Shown here: piece after piece, positions 14,626 through 28,426 of the stretch
Numbering within the stretch: the first letter of the stretch is position 1
Layout: every line of letters begins with the position of its first letter
Source of the DNA: Octopus vulgaris
Lineage: Eukaryota
DNA length: 64,000 nt
Direction of reading: 5' to 3'
NCBI GenBank assembly: GCA_951406725.2
Contig: OX597833.1
Location: forward strand, 64,108,001 to 64,172,000
Program-made: the position numbers and the translations under genes
The notes under the pieces: generated by a model
What the model was told of the DNA's origin: nothing
What the model saw: only the letters and a program-made list of their open reading frames with translations
Database searches by the model: none

Positions 14626-15596
14626 GTAATGTTCCTTTAGTTACTGCTCGCATTGCCTCCGTTCAGATTAATAAGTGGTATATATATATATGTGTGTGTG
14701 CATGTATTATATCAACATACAATAGAAACATGTGCATGCATATATGTATGTATGTATGTACGTGCGCTCGCATCGTTGTTTTTGTAACCACCCCCCACTC
14801 GCTTCACAACCGTTGTTGCTTTGTTTACTTCCCCAAGATCTAGCGGTACTGCAAAAACACACCGATAAAACGATCTAATACCTACTGAAGGGCGATTTCT
14901 TCTAATCAACACTCCAAGATACTGCCTCTGCGTGACAGGATTCCTATAAAAGAGACAAATGAAAACAACAGAATGATATTTCTTAGCTATTGCGTGTTAA
15001 ACCCAGAAGTAGATTGGCCCAGTAAACTTTAAACAGCATGCGTCCTATCTCGAAACCTCCAGCCTGTTTTAAATATCTTCAACTACATTCTACAGTTTGG
15101 CTTCCCAAAGACATTTGCGAGGAATTTGAAGGTTATTTAGCTTCACTTTCTGGCATATAGAACGGTCAGCCGGATGGCCATACATCGGCTGAAATATATC
15201 TGAGTTTATATCAAAGTTACGCGGACGGCACTGGCGACAGACTGGTTTTGGCGACCCCTGTGACGCAATATATGCCGTAATCACTTCATCTAAAATTCAG
15301 TTTTATTATTCATAAATAATCCCATTCGGACATTAAGTATATCAAGTGCTTTGTTTATATTTTGTTATTTAAGATGCAATATGGTGTAGTCGTTGCAAAT
15401 GAGAGGAACAACAAACTATTTTTCCGCCAATCAATAATATTTATAAATATTTATATGCTGTAGATAAAATGCATATATTTCAAAATTGTATTTCTGTTCA
15501 AGATGGCTGCCATATTTAATCAACTCCAGTGAGTTTTTGTTATCTTTATCTCAATGTACGTGTGTATATGTGTGTTTGTGTATATGCATATAGCGG

Positions 15597-15635
<39 letters not shown>

Positions 15636-15774
15636 CCGCTAGCGAACGTGCGTATACATGAACATGCTTATGTGTATATATCCGTGTGTGTGTATATAAA
15701 AATATAAATGAAAATATATATAGATACATATAAATATTTGTATGTAAGTATATATATATATATACATATATGTA

Positions 15775-15859
<85 letters not shown>

Positions 15860-16371
15860 GTATGTATGTATATATATAGATATATATATATGAATATTTA
15901 TATGAATATATATAGCCGCATGTATATGTGTAGGCATATGAATGCCTGAGTATGTATGTATTTGTAATATATGTATTTATTTCTATATATACATGCATAG
16001 TTTTATATATGTATGTGTGTATGTGTATACATATGTATGTACACATACACACACATGCGCAGACAGAGTTAAGTGTATGTATATTTGTACACACGAGCGT
16101 ATGAGCGCTTAGTATATGCAATACAGCTTACAAACTCAACTGTGCGTGTTCGCTTTTGTTTGCGTGTCTTCCTGAATAGCAAGAATCAATGGACGAAGAA
16201 TGAGGCAAATAACGTGTGACAGCGTTTAAAGAAGAACACATCAGCGATGCCAAACACAGAAGAGCAGAAAGGAAGAAAAAAAAAAGTAAAACAAGGGAGG
16301 TAAATATATACAAGGAGATGCCACACAAAAGTATGCACACATACAAATATGTTTTATATATGTATATGTAT

Positions 16372-16427
<56 letters not shown>

Positions 16428-17029
16428 GTATAACATATGTACAAATGCTGGGCGTAAGAAAGAGGCTAAGAGAGGAAAGTTTAGCAGAATTTTGGAAGCA
16501 GTAAAGACAAATATTTCGAAGCAAACAAAAATAATGTGGAGAGGCGACATCATGCCGGTGTTTATTGTTGTTGTTCGTTAGTTCGGTTTTGCTTGTCTTT
16601 GCTGCGTTGTTTATACTTTCATTTGATAGATGGCGCTAGGCTATAATTTAATTTTCGTATTGTTTGTGTATTGGTGTATTTGTATAAATATGATTTCCAA
16701 TGTGTATTCATCGAAGAGGACGAATGAAAATAAGCGAAAAATATTCTCTGGACAATGGCGACTATTAACATGGAGGCGCAATAAATTCGTTCTACATAAA
16801 ACGTATATAGGAACATGGGCAGTCGCGTGTATGTATAGATGCGTATATTTACATGTGCAAATCTGCGCGTGTTTACATGTGTAGCGCACGCGACTGCCCA
16901 TTCAGTATATTAACTATACTACAAATTGTGCACACGCACGCACACATGTATGTATGTATGTATGTATGTATGTATGTATGTATGTATGTATGTATGTATG
17001 TATGTATGTATGTGTGTGTGTGTGTGTGT

Positions 17030-17208
17030 GTGATTCCTCTGCCTTCCCTTCTATGGATCTTTCCTTCTTCTATGTTTCCGACGAAGAGCTCCGCTCGAAA
17101 CGTTAAGCCCTCCTTCTTTCCTTCTTTCCTGAGCGTTCAATAATACTATACTTGTTCCACGTCCTCGCGTTGTTGTGTTTTCTCTTTGTGTTTTCATGTT
17201 TGGATTAG

Positions 17209-17210
<2 letters not shown>
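17030..17210 (+). mobile_element. Probable Penelope-like element terminal-repeat fragment with a minimal hammerhead-like motif
   Basis: CCGACGA-A-GAGC(TCC)GCTC-GAAAC-GTT at 17078-17104; shares downstream CCTGAGCG..TAATAC and the AGCT(AT)n end with 44425-44628. Confidence 0.55.
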
Positions 17211-17248
<38 letters not shown>

Positions 17249-17293
17249 CTGTATATGTATGTATATAAATGTGTATGTATATATATATATGCA

Positions 17294-17587
17294 TTCGTCA
17301 GTATCATCTTGGAAACGTCTGAACCACTCATACACTTGTGTGCCGCTTATACACTCCCTTCCTTACACTTCACCTCTGAGCATGTATCGCCTTGGCAACT
17401 GTCTCTATCATGACCAATGCGACGATCACACGTTACACATGTTACTTCGAGGCACTGCTGTAAACAGCGGGAGTGAGCTAGAACATTAAAAAAGAGGCCG
17501 AGGTCAATTTCTGCCAAGCGGCTTCACTCTGCATGCTTTAGCTTCGTTACTATAGCAACAGTCCGGACACTTATTGATCAGACCTCG
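17294..17587 (-). mobile_element. mariner 5' arm, same family as 43092-43972
   Basis: Ends TTATTGATCAGACCTCG|TA; minus frame VYEWFRRFQD (mariner HTH-like). Confidence 0.8.
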
Positions 17588-17609
17588 TATTGTCATTGTT
17601 CCTTATTGA

Positions 17610-18330
17610 GAAACACAAGGAACGGAGTGATTAACAGTTGCCAATTTTCTAAATGCTTTAATACCTTTTGTTCGCAAATTGCGGCAAGAATATTTCAAGT
17701 GTATCAAGAAAAAAAATATTATAATCGTTCGAACAATATAAGGATGCGGCAATTCATCCAACGTGTTCAAATCATTATCGATGATGATCTGAGGAATTCC
17801 ATGAAGGCCATCATCAAAGAAATTCAGATCAGCGAGTCACGAAGATATTCGAATCAAGTCGTATGGAATGGGAGAGGCCAGTTCTCATTTTCAAAAATAT
17901 ACCCTTAGGAAAATGGTGTACTTTGATTATTTTCTGAAGGGGAAAAACTTCTATGGAGACCTAAATTATAATGCAAGAAATGAAAGATTTTTCCGGCTAC
18001 TGCAATGGATTTAGATATGACGAGTGGCGAAAGCCATGTCATACTAAGTTATTAATTTTTTACACAGTCTTAGGATCTATAATGCTGGCTATGTTGAGGT
18101 GTTTGAAGGGGTTGTTAAAACCTGGATGGATGAAATACGTGGTGGAGGGTCATGTGTTTCAACAAGACCTAACAACCACATAAATCAAGAATTGATGTCG
18201 GACAATCTTTATGGTCCTGTAACTCCAAACTCCTGACCTCCAAACATGCCAAATTTAAATCCCATGGATTACTATGTTCAGAACATCACTGAAAGGAGAC
18301 CAATCAACACCCTTACAATGCCATAGCTTC
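17610..18330 (+). mobile_element. Degenerate Tc1/mariner-superfamily transposase relic
   Basis: FIQRVQIIIDDDLRNSMKAIIKE, VFQQD, PPNMPNLNPMDYYV (SPDLNP-like); many stops and frameshifts. Confidence 0.7.
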
Positions 18331-18459
18331 ACTAAAGACCACCAAAGTCCAAGAGATGTCCGAAATAAATTACCACTGATTAATACAGTAATCCCTGTCC
18401 ATATCACGGTCCACCTATCGTGGTATATTATTTATATATATATGCATGTATATGTCTCT

Positions 18460-18915
18460 ATGTCTGTGTTTGTCCCCACAACATCGCTTGACAACTGATA
18501 CTGGTGTGTTAAAGGCCCTGTAACCTAGCGGTTCTGCTAAAGAAAAAGGCGGCGAGCTAGCAGAATCGTTAGCACGTCGGGCGAAATGCCTAGCAGTATT
18601 TCGGCTGCCGTTACGTTGTGAGTTCAAATTCCGCCGAGGTCGACTTTGCCTTTCATCCTTTCGGGGTCGATAAATTAAGTACCAGTTAAGCACTGGGGTC
18701 GATATAATCGACTTAATACCTATGTCTGTCCATGTTTGTCTCCTCTATGTTTAGCCCCTTGTTGGTAATAAAGAAATAGGTTCTGCTAAAATAACCGACA
18801 TAATAACTGCTAGGCTTACAAAGAATAATTCCGGGTGTCGATTTGCTCGACGTAAGGCGGTGATCCAGCGTGGCTGCAGTCAAATGACTGAGACTAATAA
18901 AAGAATAAAAGAATA
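18460..18915 (+). mobile_element. SINE-B 3' half interrupted by SINE-A
   Basis: CATCGCTTGACAACTGATACTGG.. resumes after 18790 and ends with the (TAAAAGAA) tail. Confidence 0.8.
18546..18778 (+). mobile_element. Full-length SINE-A with 12-bp TSD
   Basis: GGTTCTGCTAAA at 18530-18541 and 18779-18790. Confidence 0.92.
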
Positions 18916-19221
18916 TTCTAAAATTGAATATTCTGTTCGTCCCGAGTCATGTGACTGAAACACGGTACCTTTAGCCTTTGCAGAAGTAAATCAAATAAAA
19001 TTTTAACGGTAGTTCAAAGCACCATGCACAGCACGTGAATCTTTGAAGGATGCGTAAAACGATCTTCACGGAATACTCAAAGAATGGTTCGGTAATTCGC
19101 TTGCACCGAATAACTGATACCGTTGATCGTTTAACTGGAATACCGATAGGGGGAATAAAACAGAAGAGTGCAACATACCATAGACACGCATATATACATA
19201 GTTTCATATCTATGCGCATAT

Positions 19222-19285
<64 letters not shown>

Positions 19286-19291
19286 GTATGA

Positions 19292-19342
<51 letters not shown>

Positions 19343-19842
19343 TATATGTATATGTATGAGTATATATGAGTATATATATATATAGATATATAGTGAAAGA
19401 CTTTTGGGGGAGAGGTGAATAAAAATGTTTGCTTGGGAGAGAGAGTGAGTGTTTTAATGAGACAGAGAGAATCGTATTGAAGACTTCGAACAAAACCTTT
19501 GAAAACCAGAATAAGAAAGAGCGAGAGATAAGAATACAGGGTGATGGGGAAAATGGTGTGATAGAATAACGATATATATATGTGTGTGTGTGTGTACGTA
19601 TGTCTGTTTGCATATGTATATATATATGTGTGTATATATAAGTATATATATATATATATATACATATACATGCATATATATGTATATATAAGTATATATA
19701 TGTATGTATATATGTATATATATATATACATATATATGCATATATATGTATATATAAGTATATATATGTGTGTATATATGCATGTATATATATATACATA
19801 TATATGCATATATATGTATATATATGTATATATATGTGTGTA

Positions 19843-19887
<45 letters not shown>

Positions 19888-20665
19888 GAAGATAGAGAAA
19901 CAGACAGAGAAGTGTTTGGGTGAATGATAGAGTCAGGGGTGGGTAGACATTAGTGGGAGAAAGATTGAGAGTATGAAATAACCTGGGTCAAGATCACAAT
20001 AGGTGAAGCATAATATAAATTTGTTATCCATAATATTTTAACTTTAATAACCATATCAATAACATTCGTTTTTTGATGTCAACAGACAAAATACATACAC
20101 ATACATACACACAATTTCACAGAAAAACATGCACACATACACACATGCACATAAACACACATATTCACCAATGTACGTGCTTCTCCCATCTTAGCTTTTT
20201 CTCTATTTCTTTCTCTATGACTCTCAACTTTATCATATTGTTTCTCTCACACTTTCTCTCTCTCTTACCCATTCTTACTGTCACTCTCACTCTCTCTCAT
20301 TCTTCCAGTTTCATTCTCAATCTCTCTCTCTCGCTCGCTCTCGCTCTCTCATTCTTTCTCTGTTTTATTTCCCTGTGTCTGTCTATCGAGCCATCTCTTT
20401 CACAGAGCGGAAAACTAAACATATACAGAATCAGACAGACACACATGCTTCCTCTGTGAAGTTCTTATCTATCGCTCCTAAACCCATTCATTCTCTCCTT
20501 CCTCATTCACTCTCTCTCTCTCTCTCTCGCTCTCACTCTCGTTCTCGCTCTCGCTTCCAACTATCTCAGACACGCACATACACACACTAAGAAAACACAA
20601 ACACATGCATATACAAATATATATATATATAGATATATGTTTTGTCTGTATGTATATACATATAC

Positions 20666-20727
<62 letters not shown>

Positions 20728-21319
20728 AAATATATATATGTATATACGTATCTATATATACACACACAAATATATATATATACACTATATATACATATAT
20801 ACAGACAGAATATCTATAGCAATTTTCTCTACAGTTCATTATCCGCACCCACCCACCCCCACCACTTGTCCTACACATACACAGGAGAACACATAAACAC
20901 GTTCACACGTAAGCACATGCTTTGCTGCAAGCACAAAATAGACCAGCACACACATTTTTTCTCTCATTTATTCCTTCCTCTCCGCTGCCCCTTCCTCTTC
21001 AAAAACTCTTCATCTCTCATTTATCATAATTCAACTTATGACTGGAATTGGTCGTTTGTTTTGCGTTTATATTCCTCTATGATGTTCTAACCCAGACAAT
21101 CGGGCGACGTGCAATTCTCTCTCACTTGTTTTTGTTCGTGCTTCATTCTGTCCCGTTTTCTTTTGTTGCTGTAGTTGTTTTTTTTTATTATTGTTGTTGT
21201 TTTTGTGTTTAAAATCGTATTTATTTAAAAAAAATCTTAATTGTTATTGATTTAAAATAGAGGCACAAGGACGTAGACCAAATCACTGGAACAAGCAGAA
21301 TATAAACGATAATGATAGA

Positions 21320-21540
21320 CATTGATTTCAGACGTTGCCATAGGGCCAGACATTATGGGGGAGGATATAGGTCGATTACATCGACTCCTGTGTTTAACTG
21401 GTCCTTTGTTTTAACGCCTCCCGAAAAAGTAAAATACAAAGTGTATCTTGGCAGAATTAGAACTCAGAACGTAGAGACAGGCGAATCGCTGCTAAGCATT
21501 TTGCCTGGTGCGCTAACGATTTCGCCAGTTTACCGTCTTA
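21320..21540 (-). mobile_element. Old diverged SINE-A-related copy (alternative tail)
   Basis: GTCGATTACATCGAC..AACTGGT..GAACTCAGAACGT..GCTAACGATT. Confidence 0.7.
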
Positions 21541-21573
21541 TTGGTTATACATATATTAGACAATGAGTTACTT

Positions 21574-22122
21574 TATTTCTTTATTGTCTACAGGGGGCTA
21601 CCTCATAGAGGGGACAAACAAAGACAGACAAAGGGATTAAGTCGATTACTTTGACCCCAGTGCATAACTGGTACTTATTTAATCGACACCGAAAGAATGA
21701 AAGGCGAAGTCGACTTCGGCACAATTAGAACGCAGAACTTAAAGACATACGAAATACCTATTCCTTTACTACCCACAAGGGGCTACACATAGAGGGGACA
21801 AACAAGGACAGACAAAGGGATTAAGTCGATTACATCGACCCCAGTGCGTAACTGGTACTTAATTTATCGACCCCGAATGGATGAAAGGCAAAGTCGACTT
21901 CGGCAGAATTAGAACTCAGAACTTAAAGACAGACGAAATACCTATTTCTTTACTACCCACAAGAGACAAACAGGACAGACAAAGGGATTAAGTCGATTAC
22001 ATCGACCCCAGTGCGTAACTGGTACTTAATTTATCGACCCCGAAAGGATGAAAAGCAAAGTCGACCTCGGCGGAATTTGAACTCCGAACGTAAAGACAGA
22101 CAAAATACCGTTAAGCATTTCG
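21574..22122 (-). mobile_element. SINE-A tandem trimer
   Basis: Junctions GAAATACC|TATT at 21758/9 and 21942/3; ~184-bp period. Confidence 0.9.
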
Positions 22123-22975
22123 AAAGCAACGCAGAGCGGATAAATGCAAAATTCCTCTCGGTTTAGAATCGAACTGGAAAGCAGAGGGGCGATGGGTATT
22201 CATACCTTTTGCTAATGTCACCACATTCCCAAATTTGCCAGTCCACTATAAATCATTCTGACACACTAACGATTTCACTCAGTCCAATGCCATTTTGCCT
22301 GGCACCATTTTGTTCGACGCATCACCAATCCTAACGATCTAACGATCTACGAAGCAGCGTAGGATGTGCGAAATTCTGATAAAGAATTCTAGACTTGAAT
22401 ATAATTATGATAAATTCAAACACTTGATTCTGGTGTTCTTAAAATAAAATATCAATCGAGCAATGAGGGACATTTAAGCCGAGTCTACCCTTCTTCCATT
22501 TGTGATGCCTTGTGTCTACGTTAGAAGTTGGGAGCGGTTTATTGGCATTTTACCGCAGTAAATACGGAAATAGATTTATTTATCTCTTTTTATGCTCTGA
22601 ATGCCAAATACCACTCGATACAAATTTTGTTGATATCATTGGCAGAGTTAATACCAGAAGCACTATAAAAGACTCCGATTAAATGAGATTAACCATGAAA
22701 TTATTAGATAAAAAGAAATTACTTCTGGGAATGTTGAATATCTAAAATATAACATACAAGGGAGATAACTTTAATAAAAAAACAATTATGCTAATTTGGG
22801 AAAATAGACATGTATTGCAGACATAATTTATTTAGGGATTTAGGACTCTTTAATTAAGGGTCGGGGCTTGGTAGAATAAGTAGCGTAATGAACCAATTAG
22901 CTTGATATATTTAGCTACGAGCTTTAACGTTCTCAACTGATCCAAATTTGTATTTCATGTTTGCAAACGATCGAT

Positions 22976-23741
22976 AAGGCGGCGAGCTGGCAGAAACGTT
23001 AGCACGCTGGGCGAAATAGAAAGCGGTATTTCGTCTGCCGTTACGTTCTGAGTTCAAATTCCACCGAGGTCGACTTTGCCTTTCAACCTTTCGGGGTCGA
23101 TAAATTAAGTACCAGTTACGCACTGAGGTCGATGTAATCGACTTAATCCCTTTGTCTGTCCTTGTTCGTCCCCTCTGGGTTTAGCCCCTTGTGGGTAGTA
23201 AAGAAATAGGTATTTCGTCTGCCGCTACGTTCTAAGTTCAAATTCCGCCGAGGTCGACTTTGCCTTTCATCCTTTCGGGGTCGATTAAATAAGTACCACT
23301 TACGCACTGGGGTCGATGTAATCAACTTAATCCGTTTGTCTGTCCTTGTTTGTCCCTTCTCTGTTTAGCCCCTTGTGGGTAGTAAAGAAATAGGTATTTC
23401 GTCTGTCGTTACGTTCTGAGTTCAAATTCCGCCGAGGTCGACTTTGCCTTTCATCCTTTCGGGGTTGATAAATTAAGTACCAGTTACGCACTGGGGTCGA
23501 TGTAATCAACTTAATCCGTTTGTCTGTCCTTGTTTGTCCCTTCTCTGTTTAGCCCCTTGTGGATAGTAAAGAAATAGGTATTTCGTCTGTCGCTATGTTC
23601 TGAGTTCAAATTCCGCCGAGGCCGACTTTGCCTTTCATCCTTTCGGGGACGATAAATTAAGTACCAGTAACATACTGGGGTCGATGTAATTGACTGTCCC
23701 CCTCACCCCAAATTTCGAGCCTTGTGCCTAGAGTAGAAAAG
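22976..23741 (+). mobile_element. SINE-A tandem tetramer (one head, four bodies; last unit has the alternative tail)
   Basis: Junctions AAGAAATA|GGTATTTCG at 23208/9, 23392/3 and 23576/7; exact 184-bp period. Confidence 0.93.
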
Positions 23742-24249
23742 TTTTTATATGTATAAGTGTTTGTTGTTGCTATTGCTATTGTTTAACCCAAAGTTGACCC
23801 TGGATGAGATTTCTTTTTTAATTAAAGGTATTCCTGTTGTGTAATAAATCGTATTGTCTTTTTAATCATAATGCACTTCAACTATGTTTTTCAATACATT
23901 ATAATGTGATTTAAGCCTTGCTGGCTGCCAGTTTTAAAAGGCCAAATAACCTGTTAAAGCACCTGTCTGCATTAGTAAAAAAATTGTAGATTTAATTACG
24001 TTCTTTAAATTTCTGATCTTCTAATTAGGACATCGTTAAGAAGAGTGAATTAGTAGAAACGTGCGTGACCATGGACGTCTATGCATTATAACTATCCTGG
24101 GCTGTAAAGTACAATATTTTGGCGGCCTTGTATGTTTCTGGTAGTGTCAGGCTTTTCTCAAAGAGAAGTTGTCACTACCCACACGACAAACCCTTCACCA
24201 CGTGTTGAGGAAGAGGCATTGTGAGTCTAATTGTGCAGAGTCGAGGATC

Positions 24250-24690
24250 AGAAGAGATAGGGAAAGAAGAGAAAAAGAGAAAGAGAGAGAAAGAAAGAGG
24301 AGGAATGAGGGAGGGGGAAAGGAAGGCAGATGGGAAGAAATAAAAGGAGGGAGGAAGAAAGAAAGAGAGTGGGAGAGAGAAAAAGAAGGGGAGTGTCAGG
24401 GAAAGAAGAGAAAAAGAGAGAGAAAGAAAGAGAAGGAAGGAGGGAGGAAGAAATAAAGGGAGAGGGAGAGTGAAAAAGAAGGAGAGGGAGAGTGAAAAAG
24501 ACGGAGAGGGAGAGTCAGGGTAAAAGAGAAAACCAGAGGGATAGAGAGAGCAATGGAGAGAGAAAGAAGGGAGAGAAAGCAAGGGAGAAAGACAGAGGTA
24601 GAGAGAAAGAGAAAGGGAGAGAGAGAGAGAGGGAGAGAGAGAGAGAGAGAGAGTCTTTGAAAGAAAGAGAGAGAACGAGAGGAGGAGGAA
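24250..24690 (+). repeat. Polypurine (GA-rich) tract
   Basis: Almost exclusively G/A on the + strand. Confidence 0.9.
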
Positions 24691-24879
24691 TCAACGCCAT
24701 TTCCTCACTTTATAACTCGTTCTTTCTGTATCGACCTCGGAACATCCGAGTCGGAAGAATGTCTGAGTAAGTTTGACCTTGGCAGGATTTGAACTCAGGA
24801 CGCAGCAGGCAGGCACTCTGCCGCTACTATTATTAGAAAATCATTATTATGGCTGTTAACTTAGTTTATTCAATTATCA

Positions 24880-25410
<531 letters not shown>

Positions 25411-26072
25411 GTTACGCCTGTGTCTGTTCTTTGTCTTTGCTGTTGAAGCTGTAGATGTTTGCTGCATATTAATGAGTTACGCTTGATTGATGGCCATGCT
25501 GAAAACAAGAACAATAAACAACAAACAACGAACAACAAAACAACAACACAACTCAACCAACACCACAAACAACATCAAGAGCAGCAGCAGCAGCAGCAGC
25601 AACAGCAACAACAACAACAGCAACAACAACTATTAAACGGAGTCTGTCTATAGTAAAGCAATTTAACATCTTTGCACACAAAAACAAAAGCAAACAGACA
25701 CACGTAAGGAGGAAAAAAAGAAAATCTTTCCCCAAAACAAGACAAATATCCCCCCCCCCCCCAAAAAAAATAATATTAAAAAGAAGAAGAAAAAAAAGCC
25801 ATGACCAACGCAGACTTCCGGCACATCAGCTGCAAAGCATTAAAAAACAAAAAAAAAACAAAAACAAAAAAAACAAAAACAAACGAAGAAATAACAAAAA
25901 TACCAAAAAAAACAAACAAATAATAAGAAGAAGAAATATTAAATGTCTAATTCAAATATTGGACTAATAAATTTGAAAAAACAAACACTAAATCACTATA
26001 ACTAATATTTACCGCCAGCACCGCCACCGCCACTAAAAACTACCACCACGACCACCATCATCATCATCATCA

Positions 26073-26103
<31 letters not shown>

Positions 26104-26299
26104 GGATAACAACGAAGAGCAAGGGAACAACAATAACGGCAGCAACAACAACAATAACATCAACCGTCAGTGGTTGTTACATCAGACCTTATCACCGCCG
26201 ACCTTGCAACGCCTTGCCCGCCTTGCCCACCCCCCACCGCCTCCGGGTAATTTTTAACACTACCGAGTTAAAAGTTTATAATTCCATTATTTTTATTTC

Positions 26300-26324
26300 A
26301 CCACCACCATTACCACTACTGCTG

Positions 26325-26361
<37 letters not shown>

Positions 26362-27486
26362 AACTACTACTACTACCGATGTTGTTGCAGTCGACATTAA
26401 AAAACCCGCCGCCATCACCGCCGCCGCCGAGGCCGTCACCACCAGCAACAACAACAACAACCACCACTATCAGCACCATCACCACCACCACCACCACTCC
26501 TACCACCACCACTACCACCACCACCACCAGCATCATCAGCGCCACCAGAACCGCCATCGCAACCAGTACAACCACCAAGTACTCTGTGATAAAAATCATC
26601 ACCTGAAATCACCAATTCCTTCCCCCACGACCACCTCTACCGACAACAACAACAACAACAACAATAGCAACAAGAACATCGGCCGTTATCAGCGCCGCTA
26701 CCACCATCCTTCTTTGACCAGAGTCAGGTGCCATCAGCAGAAACTATCTAAAACCCTCCTCCGCTGCCAAAACAAGAAAACCCCAACGTTACCAACACCA
26801 CCTATACTAACGCCACAGCCACAACATAACACCCACCAACACCACCGTCAGCAGCAGCACCACTACCACCAATATCGCCGACATCTCGACCACCATAGCC
26901 AGAACGTAAACCGCTACCACAACCACCACCACCACCACCACCACCACCACCACTACCACCACCACCACCACCACCACCACCACCACCACCACCACCACCA
27001 CCACCACCACCACCACCACCACCACCACCACCACCACCACCACCACCACCTACCACCACCACCACCACCACCACTACCACCACCACCACCACCACCACCA
27101 CCACCACCACCACCACCACCACCACCACCACCACCACCACCACCACCACCACCACCACCACCACCACCACCACCACCACCACCATAGTCACCACCACTAC
27201 CACCACCACCACCACCACCACCACCACTACCACCACCACCACCACCACCACCACCACTACCACCACCACCACCACAACCACCACCAAGGCCACCACCACC
27301 ACCACTACCAACCACCACCACCACCACCCACCACCTCCACCACCACCACCGTCATCGCCACCACCTCGACGAAAACCACTTCATTCAGCACAAACTCAAC
27401 CACCAAAGGCTAACCTCCACAAACTGCAAACACCAACTACCACCACCACCACCACCACCACCACCACCACCACCACCACCACCACC

Positions 27487-27518
<32 letters not shown>

Positions 27519-27910
27519 CAACAACAACAGCAATAACAACAACAACAGCAACAGCAACAACAACAACAGCAATACCGTCGACAACAACACTACCACTACC
27601 ACACCACCACCAACAGCAACAACGCCTCACCAACATCAATTGCCACCACCACCACCACCACCACCATCAACCGCCACAGTTGTGACTTCATCACCAGAGA
27701 TTACCAGATAGTACCACCACCACCGCCACCACCACCACCACCATCACCAGCTCCACCACCAGCGCCGCAACCAAAGCCGACGTCATGGCCACAACAAAAC
27801 ACCATCACCTCCGTTATCAACACCACACCACCATCATCCTCAGACACCACCACCACCACCACCACCACCTTCCCCCTCTGCCGCCCCCACCTCCGCCGCC
27901 TCCACCACAT
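26300..27910. repeat. (CAC)n/(CAA)n/(CTA)n trinucleotide field
   Basis: Long near-perfect CAC core at ~26920-27330. Confidence 0.95.
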
Positions 27911-27986
27911 CAGCAAGTCTTCACTCATTCCTTCGATTCCAAGTCTGCTATAAAACGCTACGATTGCGTTTAAGAAGTTTTCGATG

Positions 27987-28052
27987 AGGTCAAAGGTCAC
28001 ATAGCTTGACCTTTCCGGGGTTTTATGATTACATTCAATGGCTGTAAACAAT
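27987..28052 (+). promoter_or_regulatory. Candidate cis-regulatory cluster: perfect DR1 nuclear-receptor element plus third half-site, Hox/Cdx-like, Fox and Sox motifs
   Basis: AGGTCA-A-AGGTCA 27987-27999; TGACCT 28007-28012; TTTTATGA 28021-28028; TGTAAACAAT 28043-28052; motif matches only. Confidence 0.35.
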
Positions 28053-28079
28053 AATTTTATTTTACATATTTGTGTTGAT

Positions 28080-28193
28080 TCATCATCGTCATAATCGTCG
28101 TCGTCGTCATCATCATCATCGTCATCGTTATCATCATCATCTTCACCACCACCACCACCACCACCACCACCACCATCACCACCATCATCATCG

Positions 28194-28249
<56 letters not shown>

Positions 28250-28275
28250 GTTCTCATCATCATCTTTATCACCAC

Positions 28276-28309
<34 letters not shown>

Positions 28310-28338
28310 GTTCTCATCATCATCGTTATCACCACCAC

Positions 28339-28426
<88 letters not shown>

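Noticed and set aside
16140-16310. Possible coding exon after TCTTCCTGAATAG
   Set aside because: All three frames hit a stop within ~50 nt of the acceptor.
22976-23741. CRISPR-like or satellite array
   Set aside because: Units are 184-bp SINE bodies with a B box; no unique spacers, no cas genes, eukaryotic context.
25459-25653. PolyQ-encoding exon
   Set aside because: Short CAG/CAA tract within a trinucleotide field; no convincing splice sites or flanking domain.
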